Positions 1 to 9,073 of a stretch of 64,000 nt of DNA are shown here, piece after piece. Source of the DNA: Polyangiaceae bacterium (GTDB lineage: Bacteria; Myxococcota_A; Polyangia; Polyangiales; Polyangiaceae). Every line of letters starts with the position of its first letter. Position 1 is the stretch's first letter. The notes beneath the pieces were generated by a model. That model saw only the letters and a program-made list of their open reading frames with translations. It did not search any database and was not told the DNA's origin. Location: positions 256,001 through 320,000 of the forward strand of contig CBDCTZ010000005.1 in the NCBI GenBank assembly GCA_965222375.1, in the 5' to 3' direction. The position numbers were made by a program, and so were the translations under genes.

Positions 1-857
1 GCGCGGGTTTGGAGGCGCTCAAAGCGCAAGCCATCGCGGCTCGCAGCGTTGCTTACTACGAGATGGAGAAGGACGGCTCCATCTGCGACAGCCAGGCGTG
101 CCAGGTCTACACCTGCAATAACAAACCCCAGGCGGTGCACTTTCAGGCCGCCGCCGAAACGGCTCAGCAATACCTAGCGAACTCGAGCATGCTGACCTAC
201 GGCTTCTACGTTTCTGGAGACTCGAAAGTATCCGGCCCCGACTGTAAAGACGTCGGCGGATCCCTGACCAAGTACGTGACTTTCAACGACGGCAAGTCCG
301 GCAAGAGCGTGACGCAAACCAAACTGGGCTACGTGGGCCCTGCCGGATTCGGCCAAAACCGCGGCTGCATGAGTCAGTACGGCATGCGCTGCTTGGAAGA
401 TCAGGGTCGAGACCATCTAGGGATCTTGCGGTTCTATTACGGCGCTGACATCGAGGTGGTGACTGCACCCGGCTCCTGCGGTGTGAACACCCCGGGCAAC
501 CCAGACCCGCAGCCAGATCCGCCTCCCGTGCCTCAGCCCAAGCCGGATCCGCCGGCGCCCGCAGGCAACTCTTGCCAGGGCCAATGTGGGGCGTCGAACC
601 CCGTACCGAACTCGAGCCCTGAGTGCTACTGCGACACGGCGTGCACCAATGCCGGCGATTGCTGCGCCGATTACCAGAGCGTGTGCGGCGGTTCGTCCCC
701 TCAGCCCACCCCACCTCAGCCCACTCCTCCCAAGACGGGAGGTAGTTGTGCCGGAGCGTGCGGTTCGGCGGAGGCAACCGCGGACGGCTGCTACTGCGAC
801 ACCTCGTGTCTCGGCTTCGGCGATTGCTGTAGCGACTACGAGAACGTCTGCAAGTAG
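1..857 (+). CDS. SpoIID/LytB-domain protein with two C-terminal somatomedin-B-like Cys domains (5' end outside window)
   Basis: EALKAQAIAARS SpoIID motif, CDSQACQVY, and ILRFYYG. A Pro-rich linker precedes two SC..C...CYCD..C...GDCC.DY..VC repeats. Confidence 0.75.
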   Translation, partial: AGLEALKAQAIAARSVAYYEMEKDGSICDSQACQVYTCNNKPQAVHFQAAAETAQQYLANSSMLTYGFYVSGDSKVSGPDCKDVGGSLTKYVTFNDGKSGKSVTQTKLGYVGPAGFGQNRGCMSQYGMRCLEDQGRDHLGILRFYYGADIEVVTAPGSCGVNTPGNPDPQPDPPPVPQPKPDPPAPAGNSCQGQCGASNPVPNSSPECYCDTACTNAGDCCADYQSVCGGSSPQPTPPQPTPPKTGGSCAGACGSAEATADGCYCDTSCLGFGDCCSDYENVCK

Positions 858-957
858 CCCCGGGCATACGCCAGCGGCGTCTGGGCCCTCCGCGCTGCGG
901 CCAGCAAGCGCCGGGCGCAACTTGTCGCTGCCCGAACCCCGGTCTAAGCCGCAGCGT

Positions 958-1392
958 ATGAAACGGCTCGTGCTCTTCGGCGTCATGCTCACCCCGGCGT
1001 TCGGCTGCAACAAGTCCAGCGACCCGAAGCCGACAACGGCAACGCCCAGCGAGCCCGCGGCGACCGCGACGGCGTCGCAGCCCAGCGCCAAGCCCGCAAG
1101 CCCCTCAGATCCGATACCAGATCCCATCACGCACCCCTGCGCGGTGTCGGCGGCCCAGTACGGCATCGCCATCGACAAGGGCGAAACCAACTGCACCACC
1201 GATGCGGATTGCGGCTGCTACCAGGGCGGCATTGGGCGTAAGAGCGGCTGCGGCGGCGTGCTCAACAAAGACAGCGTCGCGAAGCTGGCCAAGATCGCCA
1301 AAGAGTTCCACGCGGACGGCTGCAAGCTCACCCAGCAGTGCGCAGCCTGGGCCTGTCAGCCCAAGTGTGACAACGGCACCTGCCGCAAGTAG
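958..1392 (+). CDS. Cys-rich lipoprotein, hypothetical
   Basis: ATG at 958, MKRLVLFGVMLTPAFG-C lipobox, P/A/T linker, Cys-rich C-terminus. Confidence 0.65.
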   Translation: MKRLVLFGVMLTPAFGCNKSSDPKPTTATPSEPAATATASQPSAKPASPSDPIPDPITHPCAVSAAQYGIAIDKGETNCTTDADCGCYQGGIGRKSGCGGVLNKDSVAKLAKIAKEFHADGCKLTQQCAAWACQPKCDNGTCRK

Positions 1393-1396
1393 CGCG

Positions 1397-2440
1397 TTAC
1401 TTCAGATAGCAATCTGGCTCGGTCTTCAGATCCGTCAGGGGCGCTGCCAGGGTGTGAATGGAGATGTCGTCGTTGTATTGAATGCCCTGGTTGGTGGTGG
1501 CACTCGCGTACATGCCCCAATGGGCGCGTGTCAGTTTCGTCCCGGGGTTTCCCGAAAGCTGCGTTACGTCTGCCTTCAGCACGGCGACACCGTCCTGCCA
1601 CACCTGCACCGTGCCCGTGGTGCCCTGGTAGTGCAGATAAGCAGTGAAGCGCACCCACTTCTTGAGCGGGAAGTCTGGCTGAGGCTTGGGCCCGAGGTAG
1701 GTGCCACTGAAGGGCGACGTGTGCGCGAATTCGAGCTTCTTGTTGCGCACGCTCATGGTGTGAAGCGCCCACTTGCCCTTGCCGCCGTCTTCGTTGCCCC
1801 AGGTGCCAAAGTGGATCCACTCACTTTGGGACATCTTGGAGTAATCCGCGTCCAGGTAGACCCAGAATGTATTGACCAAGGGTGTGTTCTGACTCGTGTG
1901 CAACACCGGGTAGGCGCGATGACTCGAGACCGCCGCTCCCGTGATCCAGCCTTTGTAAGCCTTGTTGCCACTTAGCACGGGCTCACCGCTGCTCTTGTCG
2001 ATGATAGACCAAGCACTGGAGCGCCCCGAAGGCATGCTGCCGTTCGCCGAGTACGAACCATTGTCGTAGTTGAGGAACTCCCCAGGAAAGCCCGTCTCGA
2101 ATCCACTGCTCCAAACTTTAGTGCACCCGGCGCCGACGTTGCCGCCGCCGCCACCGGTGCCCGAACCACCGGTGCCCGAGCCGCCCGTACCAGAACCGCC
2201 CGTTCCCGCACCGCCCGTTCCCGAACCGCCCGTTCCCGTTCCAGAGCTGCCGCCGCTGCTCGCCCCCGCACTGGCGCCAGTGCCCGCGCTACCTCCTACA
2301 GCACCTGCGCCACCGGTGTTGGAACCCGCGCTGCCCGCGCTGCCTCCCGAGGCGGGCGACCCCGAATCGTCCGACCCCCCGCAGCCAACCGCTACGACCA
2401 GTACCGTGCCCACTGCCCCAAGTCGCCCAAGCATGTTCAT
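1397..2440 (-). CDS. Lipoprotein with Gly/Ser linker and putative polysaccharide-lyase/ConA-like beta-sandwich domain
   Basis: VAVG-C lipobox and GTGGS repeats. FPLKKWVRF...GTVQVWQDG...HWGMY...YNDDISI resembles polysaccharide lyase-like folds. Start uncertain (2434/2440/2455). Confidence 0.55.
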   Translation of the reverse strand: MNMLGRLGAVGTVLVVAVGCGGSDDSGSPASGGSAGSAGSNTGGAGAVGGSAGTGASAGASSGGSSGTGTGGSGTGGAGTGGSGTGGSGTGGSGTGGGGGNVGAGCTKVWSSGFETGFPGEFLNYDNGSYSANGSMPSGRSSAWSIIDKSSGEPVLSGNKAYKGWITGAAVSSHRAYPVLHTSQNTPLVNTFWVYLDADYSKMSQSEWIHFGTWGNEDGGKGKWALHTMSVRNKKLEFAHTSPFSGTYLGPKPQPDFPLKKWVRFTAYLHYQGTTGTVQVWQDGVAVLKADVTQLSGNPGTKLTRAHWGMYASATTNQGIQYNDDISIHTLAAPLTDLKTEPDCYLK

Positions 2441-2510
2441 GTCGCGCCTCCACAAGCATTGTTTCCGCGACCCTCCTGCGGGTCAAATGCCCCGCTCGTG
2501 GTCGGGACTG

Positions 2511-3131
2511 CTACAACTTGGTCTTGCGCTGGGGCTCGGGCTTTTCCGCCTCACCTACTTTGCTCACGCCCGGGCCAGCTGATGCCGCGGCCTTCTTCAC
2601 CGCGGGCTGCTCGCCGAGCTGGGCGCTGACTTGGCTGCGATCTGCCGGCGGCCACTGGGAGTGCAAAAGGTCGAGCCGCTCGATCAATTCCGCCGTCCCG
2701 AAGTACTCGCCCGCGCACGGCACATGGATGAACCCGATCGGGTTCATGCGTCCGTCTTCGAACATGGCTAGGGATAGGCGCCAGGCTTCTTTTTCGATCA
2801 GCTCGCGGCAGGAGCGACAGCGCGCCCGACCGCTGGGAGCGCGCTCGGCGCGCATCAGGCGAGGCAGTCGACGCACCTGCCCGCCGACGCGTGCCAGCTC
2901 CGTCAACGCGCCACGATCGGGCATGTCGGCGTCGCTTGCTTCCAATGTGGGCAGGAAGGGTTCTGGACGCATCAGCGCGGCGCATTGCAGGTGGAACCAA
3001 TAGGTCGCCTCACCATCCCCGAAGGGGTTGTCGACGCGTTCACCGAAGCGTAGCTCGGCTTTGGGGATCTTGTCGCCACAACCGCGACAACTGCTGCGGC
3101 CGCTGCTGGCGGCTTCGATGCAATGGGCCAC
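2511..3131 (-). CDS. Tandem PARP-type zinc finger protein
   Basis: Two motifs: EAASSGRSSCRGC...WFHLQC and ERAPSGRARCRSC...FIHVPC (CxxC...HxxC). Confidence 0.75.
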   Translation of the reverse strand: MAHCIEAASSGRSSCRGCGDKIPKAELRFGERVDNPFGDGEATYWFHLQCAALMRPEPFLPTLEASDADMPDRGALTELARVGGQVRRLPRLMRAERAPSGRARCRSCRELIEKEAWRLSLAMFEDGRMNPIGFIHVPCAGEYFGTAELIERLDLLHSQWPPADRSQVSAQLGEQPAVKKAAASAGPGVSKVGEAEKPEPQRKTKL

Positions 3132-3188
3132 GCGAAATTGAACCGTGGCGGCATCCCCGCGGCCAAATTTGTTCCGCCCTCAGGGCTG

Positions 3189-4154
3189 CTAGCGCTGGTG
3201 GGCGGCAAAGAAATCGAAGATGGCGCGGGTGGCGTCCAGGTCTTGGCTCACGCGCCCTACCGCCTTCTTGGGCAGGTACTGCTTGCCCCGGGGCCAGGTG
3301 TGGCCCCCGCCCTCCACGCGATACAGCCACACGCGGCTGCCCTCGGCGCAGCCCTCGTGGCCTTCCAGGTGAACGCGAGTCCCATCGCCGGGATCGTGAT
3401 CTGGCAAGGCCTGACTCGGTCGCACCGTCTTGCAGCGGTTCTTCTCCGCCCACCATTTGATGGTGTCGTCGGTCGGCAGCACCACCCCACGCGCCCGGAA
3501 GAACAATCGCACCTGCCCGCCGCCGTAGGGAACCAAGGGGTCCTTGGTCCCATTGATCACGACAACCGAGACCGGGCGCTTCGGCTCCTCGACGAATAAC
3601 GCTTCTGGCAGGTTCGCCGTGACGGGCGCAATCGCGGCAATCCGCTCGGATAGTTGCGCAGCCAGTGCGTAGGACATGTGCCCGCCGTTGGAGATCCCAG
3701 TGACATAGACGCGAGACAGATCGATACCGTGCGCCTGATGCATGCGGTCGATCAGCGCGGAGATGAACCCAACATCGTCCACCCCCAGGCGCTCCCTGCC
3801 CAGAGCGTCGACCGGCGAGCGCCCATCATTCCAGCCCCTGGCTACGCCTTCCGGAAACACCAGGACCCAGCCCCGAGCGTCGGCCTCGCGAGACAGCTGG
3901 TAGTTGGTCAGCATGTTGAAGTTGCCACCGTTGCCGCCACCACCGTGGAGCGCGATGATCAAGGGCACGGCGCGGTCTTTGCGATGCCCTGGCGGTAGGT
4001 GCAAATAGTACGTGCGCTGCCTGCCCTGAAACGCGAGGCTGTGGCGGTCCAGACCGGCCTGCACCTGGCGTCGTCGCAGCACGAGAGCCACCACCAGCGC
4101 CGTGACGATGACGGCGGCGATCCCTGCCACCTTCAAGAGCCTCCGCCGCACCAT
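3189..4154 (-). CDS. PHB depolymerase-family / LpqC-like alpha/beta esterase
   Basis: LHGGGG, DDVGFI, GISNGG nucleophile elbow, GTKDPLVP, GGGHTWP; N-terminal TM segment. Confidence 0.85.
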   Translation of the reverse strand: MVRRRLLKVAGIAAVIVTALVVALVLRRRQVQAGLDRHSLAFQGRQRTYYLHLPPGHRKDRAVPLIIALHGGGGNGGNFNMLTNYQLSREADARGWVLVFPEGVARGWNDGRSPVDALGRERLGVDDVGFISALIDRMHQAHGIDLSRVYVTGISNGGHMSYALAAQLSERIAAIAPVTANLPEALFVEEPKRPVSVVVINGTKDPLVPYGGGQVRLFFRARGVVLPTDDTIKWWAEKNRCKTVRPSQALPDHDPGDGTRVHLEGHEGCAEGSRVWLYRVEGGGHTWPRGKQYLPKKAVGRVSQDLDATRAIFDFFAAHQR

Positions 4155-4214
4155 GGCACCAACTTGTCAATTGCTACGGCCCGCAGCAAGCATCGCGTGC
4201 TAGTCCTCCCTGCC

Positions 4215-5081
4215 ATGAGCCAAGTCCTGGAAGAGCTCGTGCAGTTGCTCACCCTCGAGCGCATCGAAGAAAATCTGTTCCGTGGCCAAAGCCAAGATCT
4301 CGGCTGGGGCAACGTGTTCGGCGGCCAAGTCCTGGGTCAAGCCTTGTCGGCCGCCGAGCAGACCGTAGGTGAGTCGCGAAGCGTTCACTCCTTTCACAGC
4401 TACTTCATGCGCACCGGGGATGCGTCCAAACCCATCGTCTACGACGTGGACTGTATTCGTGACGGCCGCACCTTCACCACACGGCGTGTCGTAGCCATTC
4501 AGAACGGCAAGGCGATCTTCAGCATGGCCGCCTCCTTTCAAGTGCCGGAGGAAGGGTTCGACCACCACGCCGACAAGCCAGACGCACCCAGCCCGGACGG
4601 TCTCAAGTCGGAAGCCGATCTTGCTCGGGAAGCGGCGGACCGGATCCCGGAGATCTTGCGGGAGCGAGCCCTGGCGGAGAAACCCATCGAGATCCGTCCG
4701 GTGAATCCCCAAAACCCGCTCAAGCCCGACAAGCAGCCGCCAGAGCGTCGAGTCTGGTACCGCGCTGCCGCCCGGTTGCCTGACCGGCCATCGGTGCACC
4801 AATACCTCCTCGCCTACGCGTCGGACTTCAACCTGGTCGGAACGTCCATGCAGCCTCATGGCGTCAGCTGGCTCACGCCGCGCATGCAGGTCGCTAGCCT
4901 GGATCATGCGATGTACTTTCATCGCCCGTTTCGGGTCGACGAGTGGCTGCTCTACGTCACCGATAGCCCGAGCGCGTCGGGCGGTCGGGGCTTCGCCCGG
5001 GGCCAGTTCTTCACCCAAGACGGCACACTGGTCGCCTCCACGATTCAGGAAGGACTGATCCGCCAGTGGCCCGAGAAGTAG
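4215..5081 (+). CDS. tesB: Acyl-CoA thioesterase II
   Basis: VFGGQVLGQAL, VHSFHSYF, RDGRTFTTRRV, LAYASD, ASLDHAMYFHRPF, QEGLIR. Confidence 0.92.
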   Translation: MSQVLEELVQLLTLERIEENLFRGQSQDLGWGNVFGGQVLGQALSAAEQTVGESRSVHSFHSYFMRTGDASKPIVYDVDCIRDGRTFTTRRVVAIQNGKAIFSMAASFQVPEEGFDHHADKPDAPSPDGLKSEADLAREAADRIPEILRERALAEKPIEIRPVNPQNPLKPDKQPPERRVWYRAAARLPDRPSVHQYLLAYASDFNLVGTSMQPHGVSWLTPRMQVASLDHAMYFHRPFRVDEWLLYVTDSPSASGGRGFARGQFFTQDGTLVASTIQEGLIRQWPEK

Positions 5082-5389
5082 CGCGCAGCGCCCTGTTCGT
5101 TTCGTTGCTGGGAGCGATGGCGATGGCGGGCTGCAGCAAGGAGCTGTGCCGCGGCACGGAGCTCGCCAAGGTGAAAACCGCCGCCGAAGAAAAGGCCGCC
5201 ATGCACCGGTTCTGGAAATCCTGCCGCCCCCTGACCATTCGCGCTATGGACGCGAAGAATAGACAGATCCCGTTTTCGGACCCGCACTGGCAGAGCAAGG
5301 TCCACCACATCCAGCTCTCCGGCGGCGCCAGCGCCTTCGATCACACGGTGATCGACGCCAAAAACGTGCTCCTGATGATGGGCGAGTGA
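5066..5389 (+). CDS. Small hypothetical lipoprotein
   Basis: Hydrophobic N-terminus ending MAG-C; overlaps tesB end. Confidence 0.5.
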   Translation: MAREVARSALFVSLLGAMAMAGCSKELCRGTELAKVKTAAEEKAAMHRFWKSCRPLTIRAMDAKNRQIPFSDPHWQSKVHHIQLSGGASAFDHTVIDAKNVLLMMGE

Positions 5390-5427
5390 ACCTGCCGTGC
5401 CTTGCGGCCCGCTCGAGCCTGCAGCAG

Positions 5428-5492
5428 TAACTATTTGATTTTATTCTTTAATTTAGCCACTTGCCAAAATTTATTAAATGATTAATTAATTA
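5428..5492 (+). promoter_or_regulatory. AT-rich promoter/operator upstream of TetR gene
   Basis: Strongly AT-rich island in a GC-rich background, with imperfect palindrome AATTTATTAAATGATTAATTAATT just before ATG 5496. Confidence 0.6.
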
Positions 5493-5495
5493 CCC

Positions 5496-6110
5496 ATGGC
5501 CAGGCCTCCGGACGCCGATCCCGACCGCACCAAGCAGGCGATCCTGCAAGCCGCACTGCACGCTTTCGGCATGGGCGGCCTGTCTGGCACCCGGATCCGG
5601 GAGATCGCCCAAAGCGCCGGCGTCACTGACGCGAGCGTGCATCACTACTTCGGCACCAAGGAATCCCTGTACGAAGCGTGCCTGGACGCGAGCTTCCAAC
5701 AGATGTTTGCCATCGGCCAGCAAATGGTCGCTCACCTCGCGGACGTGCCGGAAGCGGAACGCGTGGTCGCGGCAGTGCAGTTCCTCGCGCGACAGGCCCG
5801 TCAACAACCCGAGCGCAGTCGCTTCTTGCTCCGAGCTTTTCTATTCGAGGAGTCCGAGTCCGTGCAACGGCGAACCGCAGCAGCCCAGCGTGAAATCGTG
5901 CAGGCCGCTTCCGGACTCGTCGCCGACGACCCGCGTTTCGGTCGTCGCTTGCCGCTGATTGCCCTGGGCGTGCTGATCACGCGTTTCGCCCTGGCCTCGG
6001 AACAAGAGTGTTCTCTCATCGGCGAGGAAGTCGGTGATCCCGCTGCCGCCTTTGAAGCCTACCTGACCACCGTCGCCGAACAGACTTTGATCCCACGGAA
6101 AGACTCATGA
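5496..6110 (+). CDS. TetR/AcrR family transcriptional regulator
   Basis: ILQAALHAF...TRIREIAQSAGVTDASVHHYFGTKESLY HTH. Confidence 0.9.
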   Translation: MARPPDADPDRTKQAILQAALHAFGMGGLSGTRIREIAQSAGVTDASVHHYFGTKESLYEACLDASFQQMFAIGQQMVAHLADVPEAERVVAAVQFLARQARQQPERSRFLLRAFLFEESESVQRRTAAAQREIVQAASGLVADDPRFGRRLPLIALGVLITRFALASEQECSLIGEEVGDPAAAFEAYLTTVAEQTLIPRKDS

Positions 6111-6664
6111 ACATCACGAAGAAACAAATTCGCCTCGGGGCGACTGGCGTGGTCGTCGTCGGCCTTGCTGCGGTGGGTATTTGGCTGGTGCAAACCGAGC
6201 GCCTCGGCTCGGAACAGCTCGGCGCCTGGGTCTCCGCATTGGGTTGTTGGTCGGCACCAACGTTCATTCTGAGCTTCGTCATCGGCGAGTTGCTCTACGT
6301 GCCGGGAGCGCTTTTCGTCGGCGCCGCGCGGCTGTCCTTTGGGCCTGCCTGGGGCGTGTTGCTGGCCTATGTGGGCGCCTTGGCGGCCATCACCGTGCCG
6401 TTCTTGCTCGCGCGCTACGCTCGCGGCTTCGCAGAGCCGGCCTACCGCCCGCGCTTTTCCTTTCTGCGCCGCGCCTTGGAGCGGGTCGAAACTCGACCAA
6501 TCCAGAGCATGGTGCTCTTGCGTACGGTGCTGTTCCTATCGCCTCCCCTCAACTACGCGCTGGCCTTCACGGGCGTGCGCACCCGCGACTACGTGCTCGG
6601 TTCGGCGATTGGCCTGGCCCTGCCCATCTCCGTGGTGACCTTCGGCGTAGGGTGGCTGCTGTGA
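6107..6664 (+). CDS. TVP38/TMEM64 (DedA/VTT) membrane protein
   Basis: Multiple TMs, LNYALAFTGV..RDYVLGSAIG; ATGA overlap with TetR gene. Confidence 0.8.
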   Translation: MNITKKQIRLGATGVVVVGLAAVGIWLVQTERLGSEQLGAWVSALGCWSAPTFILSFVIGELLYVPGALFVGAARLSFGPAWGVLLAYVGALAAITVPFLLARYARGFAEPAYRPRFSFLRRALERVETRPIQSMVLLRTVLFLSPPLNYALAFTGVRTRDYVLGSAIGLALPISVVTFGVGWLL

Positions 6665-7677
6665 GCGCTGCGACCATGAACGCCATCGTGTTCCATCGCT
6701 ATGGCGAACCCGACGTCTTGGAGCATGCCCAAGTGCCCGCGCCGGTTGCGGGCCCGGGAGATGTTCTGGTGCGCGTACACGCCGCAGCGGTCAATCCCGT
6801 GGACTGCAAGATCCGACACGGCGCCCAGCGCCTCATCGTACGCCCCAGCCTGCCGGCGACTCCGGGCATGGATCTCTCGGGGACCGTCGTCGCCGTGGGC
6901 GACGGAGTGACCAAGTTCTCGCCGGGCGATGAGGTCTTCGCCTCGCCGACGCACAAACGCATGGGCGCCTACGCCGAACTTTGCCGAGTCTCCGAGAACG
7001 AACTGGCCCTCAAGCCAAAGAGCCTGGATCACGAGCAAGCGGCTTCCCTGCCCCTGGTGGCTTTGACCGCCTGGGACGCCCTGGTTCGCCGAGGCAAACT
7101 GCAATCCGGGGAGCGCGTCTTGATCCAAGCGGGCGCCGGTGGAGTCGGCACGATCGCGATCCAGCTTGCGAAACACCTGGGCGGCAAAGTGCTCGCTACT
7201 TGCAGCGCCAAAAACGCCGACTTCGTGCGTAGCCTCGGGGCCGACGAAGTGATCGATTACCGCAAACAGGACTACGCCGACGTGGCTCGAGGCTCTGACA
7301 TGATCGTGGATGCCCTCGGCCCCGCCGACATCGTAAAGGCCGCGAACACCGTACGTCGCGGCGGCCGTGTGATCGCCTTGACCACGGGTTTGCCCGAAGC
7401 CACCGACGCCTACGGCGCGCTGCTGGGCACTCTCGCCTGCTTCGCGCGGCTCGGCGCCATCACTTTGTCCGCGCGCTTGCGGCGCAACGTGCGCGTCATT
7501 CCCATGGCCCGCATTCCATCCGGGGATAACCTGCAGGAGATAGCGCGCTTGGTCGATACCGGCGTACTCGAACCCGTCATGGATCGGGTGCTTCCCCTCA
7601 GCGAAGCCGCCGCGGCGCACCGTCGCGTCGAAACCGGTCGCTGCCGGGGCAAGGTCGTGCTGAAAGTGGCTGACTGA
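6661..7677 (+). CDS. NADP-dependent oxidoreductase (MDR/quinone oxidoreductase family)
   Basis: VRVHAAAVNPVD, AASLPLVALTAW, GAGGVG, GKVVL; start GTG 6661 or ATG 6676. Confidence 0.88.
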   Translation: MSAATMNAIVFHRYGEPDVLEHAQVPAPVAGPGDVLVRVHAAAVNPVDCKIRHGAQRLIVRPSLPATPGMDLSGTVVAVGDGVTKFSPGDEVFASPTHKRMGAYAELCRVSENELALKPKSLDHEQAASLPLVALTAWDALVRRGKLQSGERVLIQAGAGGVGTIAIQLAKHLGGKVLATCSAKNADFVRSLGADEVIDYRKQDYADVARGSDMIVDALGPADIVKAANTVRRGGRVIALTTGLPEATDAYGALLGTLACFARLGAITLSARLRRNVRVIPMARIPSGDNLQEIARLVDTGVLEPVMDRVLPLSEAAAAHRRVETGRCRGKVVLKVAD

Positions 7678-7740
7678 CGGCGGTTTTCGGCGTTTCCTCG
7701 AAACGTGATCGCGCCGCCGCGGCGTGCTACGAACAGCGCC

Positions 7741-8181
7741 ATGAGGTTGCGGGCCCGCTGGGCAGTCGTTGGAGCATTCGGCCTTTTGGTCGGCTCCTGC
7801 GTGCTCAACCCGCAGCCGGAAGTGCCATCCGAAGGGGCCACGACGACCGCGGGCGGCGGCGGGCTCGGAGGCAGCGGTGGCGCCAAGAACGATCAGGACG
7901 CCTTCTCGGGCGGCGGCACCGGTGCATCTTCGGGCGGCACGGCCGGTGCGCCCGGAACCGGCGCGACCGCGGGCGCAGGCGGTCTGCAATCGGGTCCCGA
8001 TGCCGGAGACTCTGGCGTCATTCCTTACAACGACGCAGCAGCTGCCGACGGCGACACGGACGCGCCGGACGATGCGCGCCCTGAGGATGCGGGGCTTGAT
8101 GCGGATGACGACGCCGACATCGACGCGGACACGGACGCGGGGCAAGGCGGTGCGCCAAGCTGGGACGCTGCTCCCGACTGA
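7741..8181 (+). CDS. Hypothetical low-complexity lipoprotein
   Basis: LVGS-C lipobox followed by LNPQPEVP, then Gly-rich and Asp-rich tail. Confidence 0.55.
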   Translation: MRLRARWAVVGAFGLLVGSCVLNPQPEVPSEGATTTAGGGGLGGSGGAKNDQDAFSGGGTGASSGGTAGAPGTGATAGAGGLQSGPDAGDSGVIPYNDAAAADGDTDAPDDARPEDAGLDADDDADIDADTDAGQGGAPSWDAAPD

Positions 8182-8283
8182 GCCAACGTTCGGTGCGTGG
8201 TTGTTTTATGGCGTCGCGTCCCTAGCGCACGACAGGCCATGACTCCCGCGCGGGGCCTCATGGGTGCGTCAGCTTTGCGCCAC

Positions 8284-8344
8284 ACGCAACGCGTGGGCTT
8301 GGTCGAGAGTAGTGCCCTCACGCCGTGACGCGATGCGACCCCAA
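8284..8344 (-). repeat. Copy A of dispersed intergenic repeat
   Basis: Reverse complement aligns ungapped to 23967-24027 at 42/61 positions (counted by eye). Confidence 0.55.
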
Positions 8345-8383
8345 CCAAACCAGCTTCCCAAATTCGCTGCTGCCGGCTGAGCC

Positions 8384-9073
8384 TCAGCCGGGGCAAGGCG
8401 CTTTCTTGGCGGTCCAGGTTCCGCCAAAACATTCGGCGTAGGTGATGCTGCCTCCGGTCGCACACTCGTTGTACTCACACGGAGAAAAGGTCTGGCCGCA
8501 GGCTTGGCAGGAGTCCCCGGTCTTGGGAGCGGTTGGGGAGCACTCCACCGGTGGCGGGTTGCACTCGAGGGTCACTTCGACCCAAGTCTCGTCGACGCAG
8601 TGATACTCCCGCGCGCAACAGGGCGCAGGGTACGAGCAGAACTTCTTCTCGACGACGTTGCACCATTGCCCGGCGGTCGGCTCGCTCGTGGGGCAAAAGT
8701 CGACCGGGGGTGGTGGCGGATTACAGGAAACGCTGGGGCCTGAATAGGTCACGTCCCAACGCCCATCCGGAGCGCATACGGCGTTGGTTGAAACCTCGGA
8801 ACCGCACTCGTCGGTGGTCTTGTAGTTGCAGGACTGACCGACCGAAGAACAGGCGGTGTTCTGAGCTGGCGCTGGGGCTGGGCACGGCACCTTGGGTGGC
8901 TTGGGCGGTGGTGGGTTCGAGATCCCGCCTCCGCTACCGACTGACGAACCCGTTCCGCCGTTGCCTCCGTTGAGGCCGTCCGAGTTGACGGAGCCTCCGC
9001 ATGCGGCAGCCGACGCCGCGACGGCAACCGTCACGACGAAGGGCGACCGCCTCTTCGAGTTCTTCCGGCTCAT
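8384..9073 (-). CDS. Cys/Pro-rich repeat lipoprotein (paralog 1)
   Basis: RRSPFVVTVAVAASAAA-CGG signal; three CP..P...C...C.Y...C...W repeats. Confidence 0.7.
   Translation of the reverse strand: MSRKNSKRRSPFVVTVAVAASAAACGGSVNSDGLNGGNGGTGSSVGSGGGISNPPPPKPPKVPCPAPAPAQNTACSSVGQSCNYKTTDECGSEVSTNAVCAPDGRWDVTYSGPSVSCNPPPPPVDFCPTSEPTAGQWCNVVEKKFCSYPAPCCAREYHCVDETWVEVTLECNPPPVECSPTAPKTGDSCQACGQTFSPCEYNECATGGSITYAECFGGTWTAKKAPCPG

Noticed and set aside
2150..2245. 15-bp tandem repeats as a possible VNTR or regulatory array
   Set aside because: They encode the GTGGS linker, with synonymous variation; an ordinary low-complexity linker.
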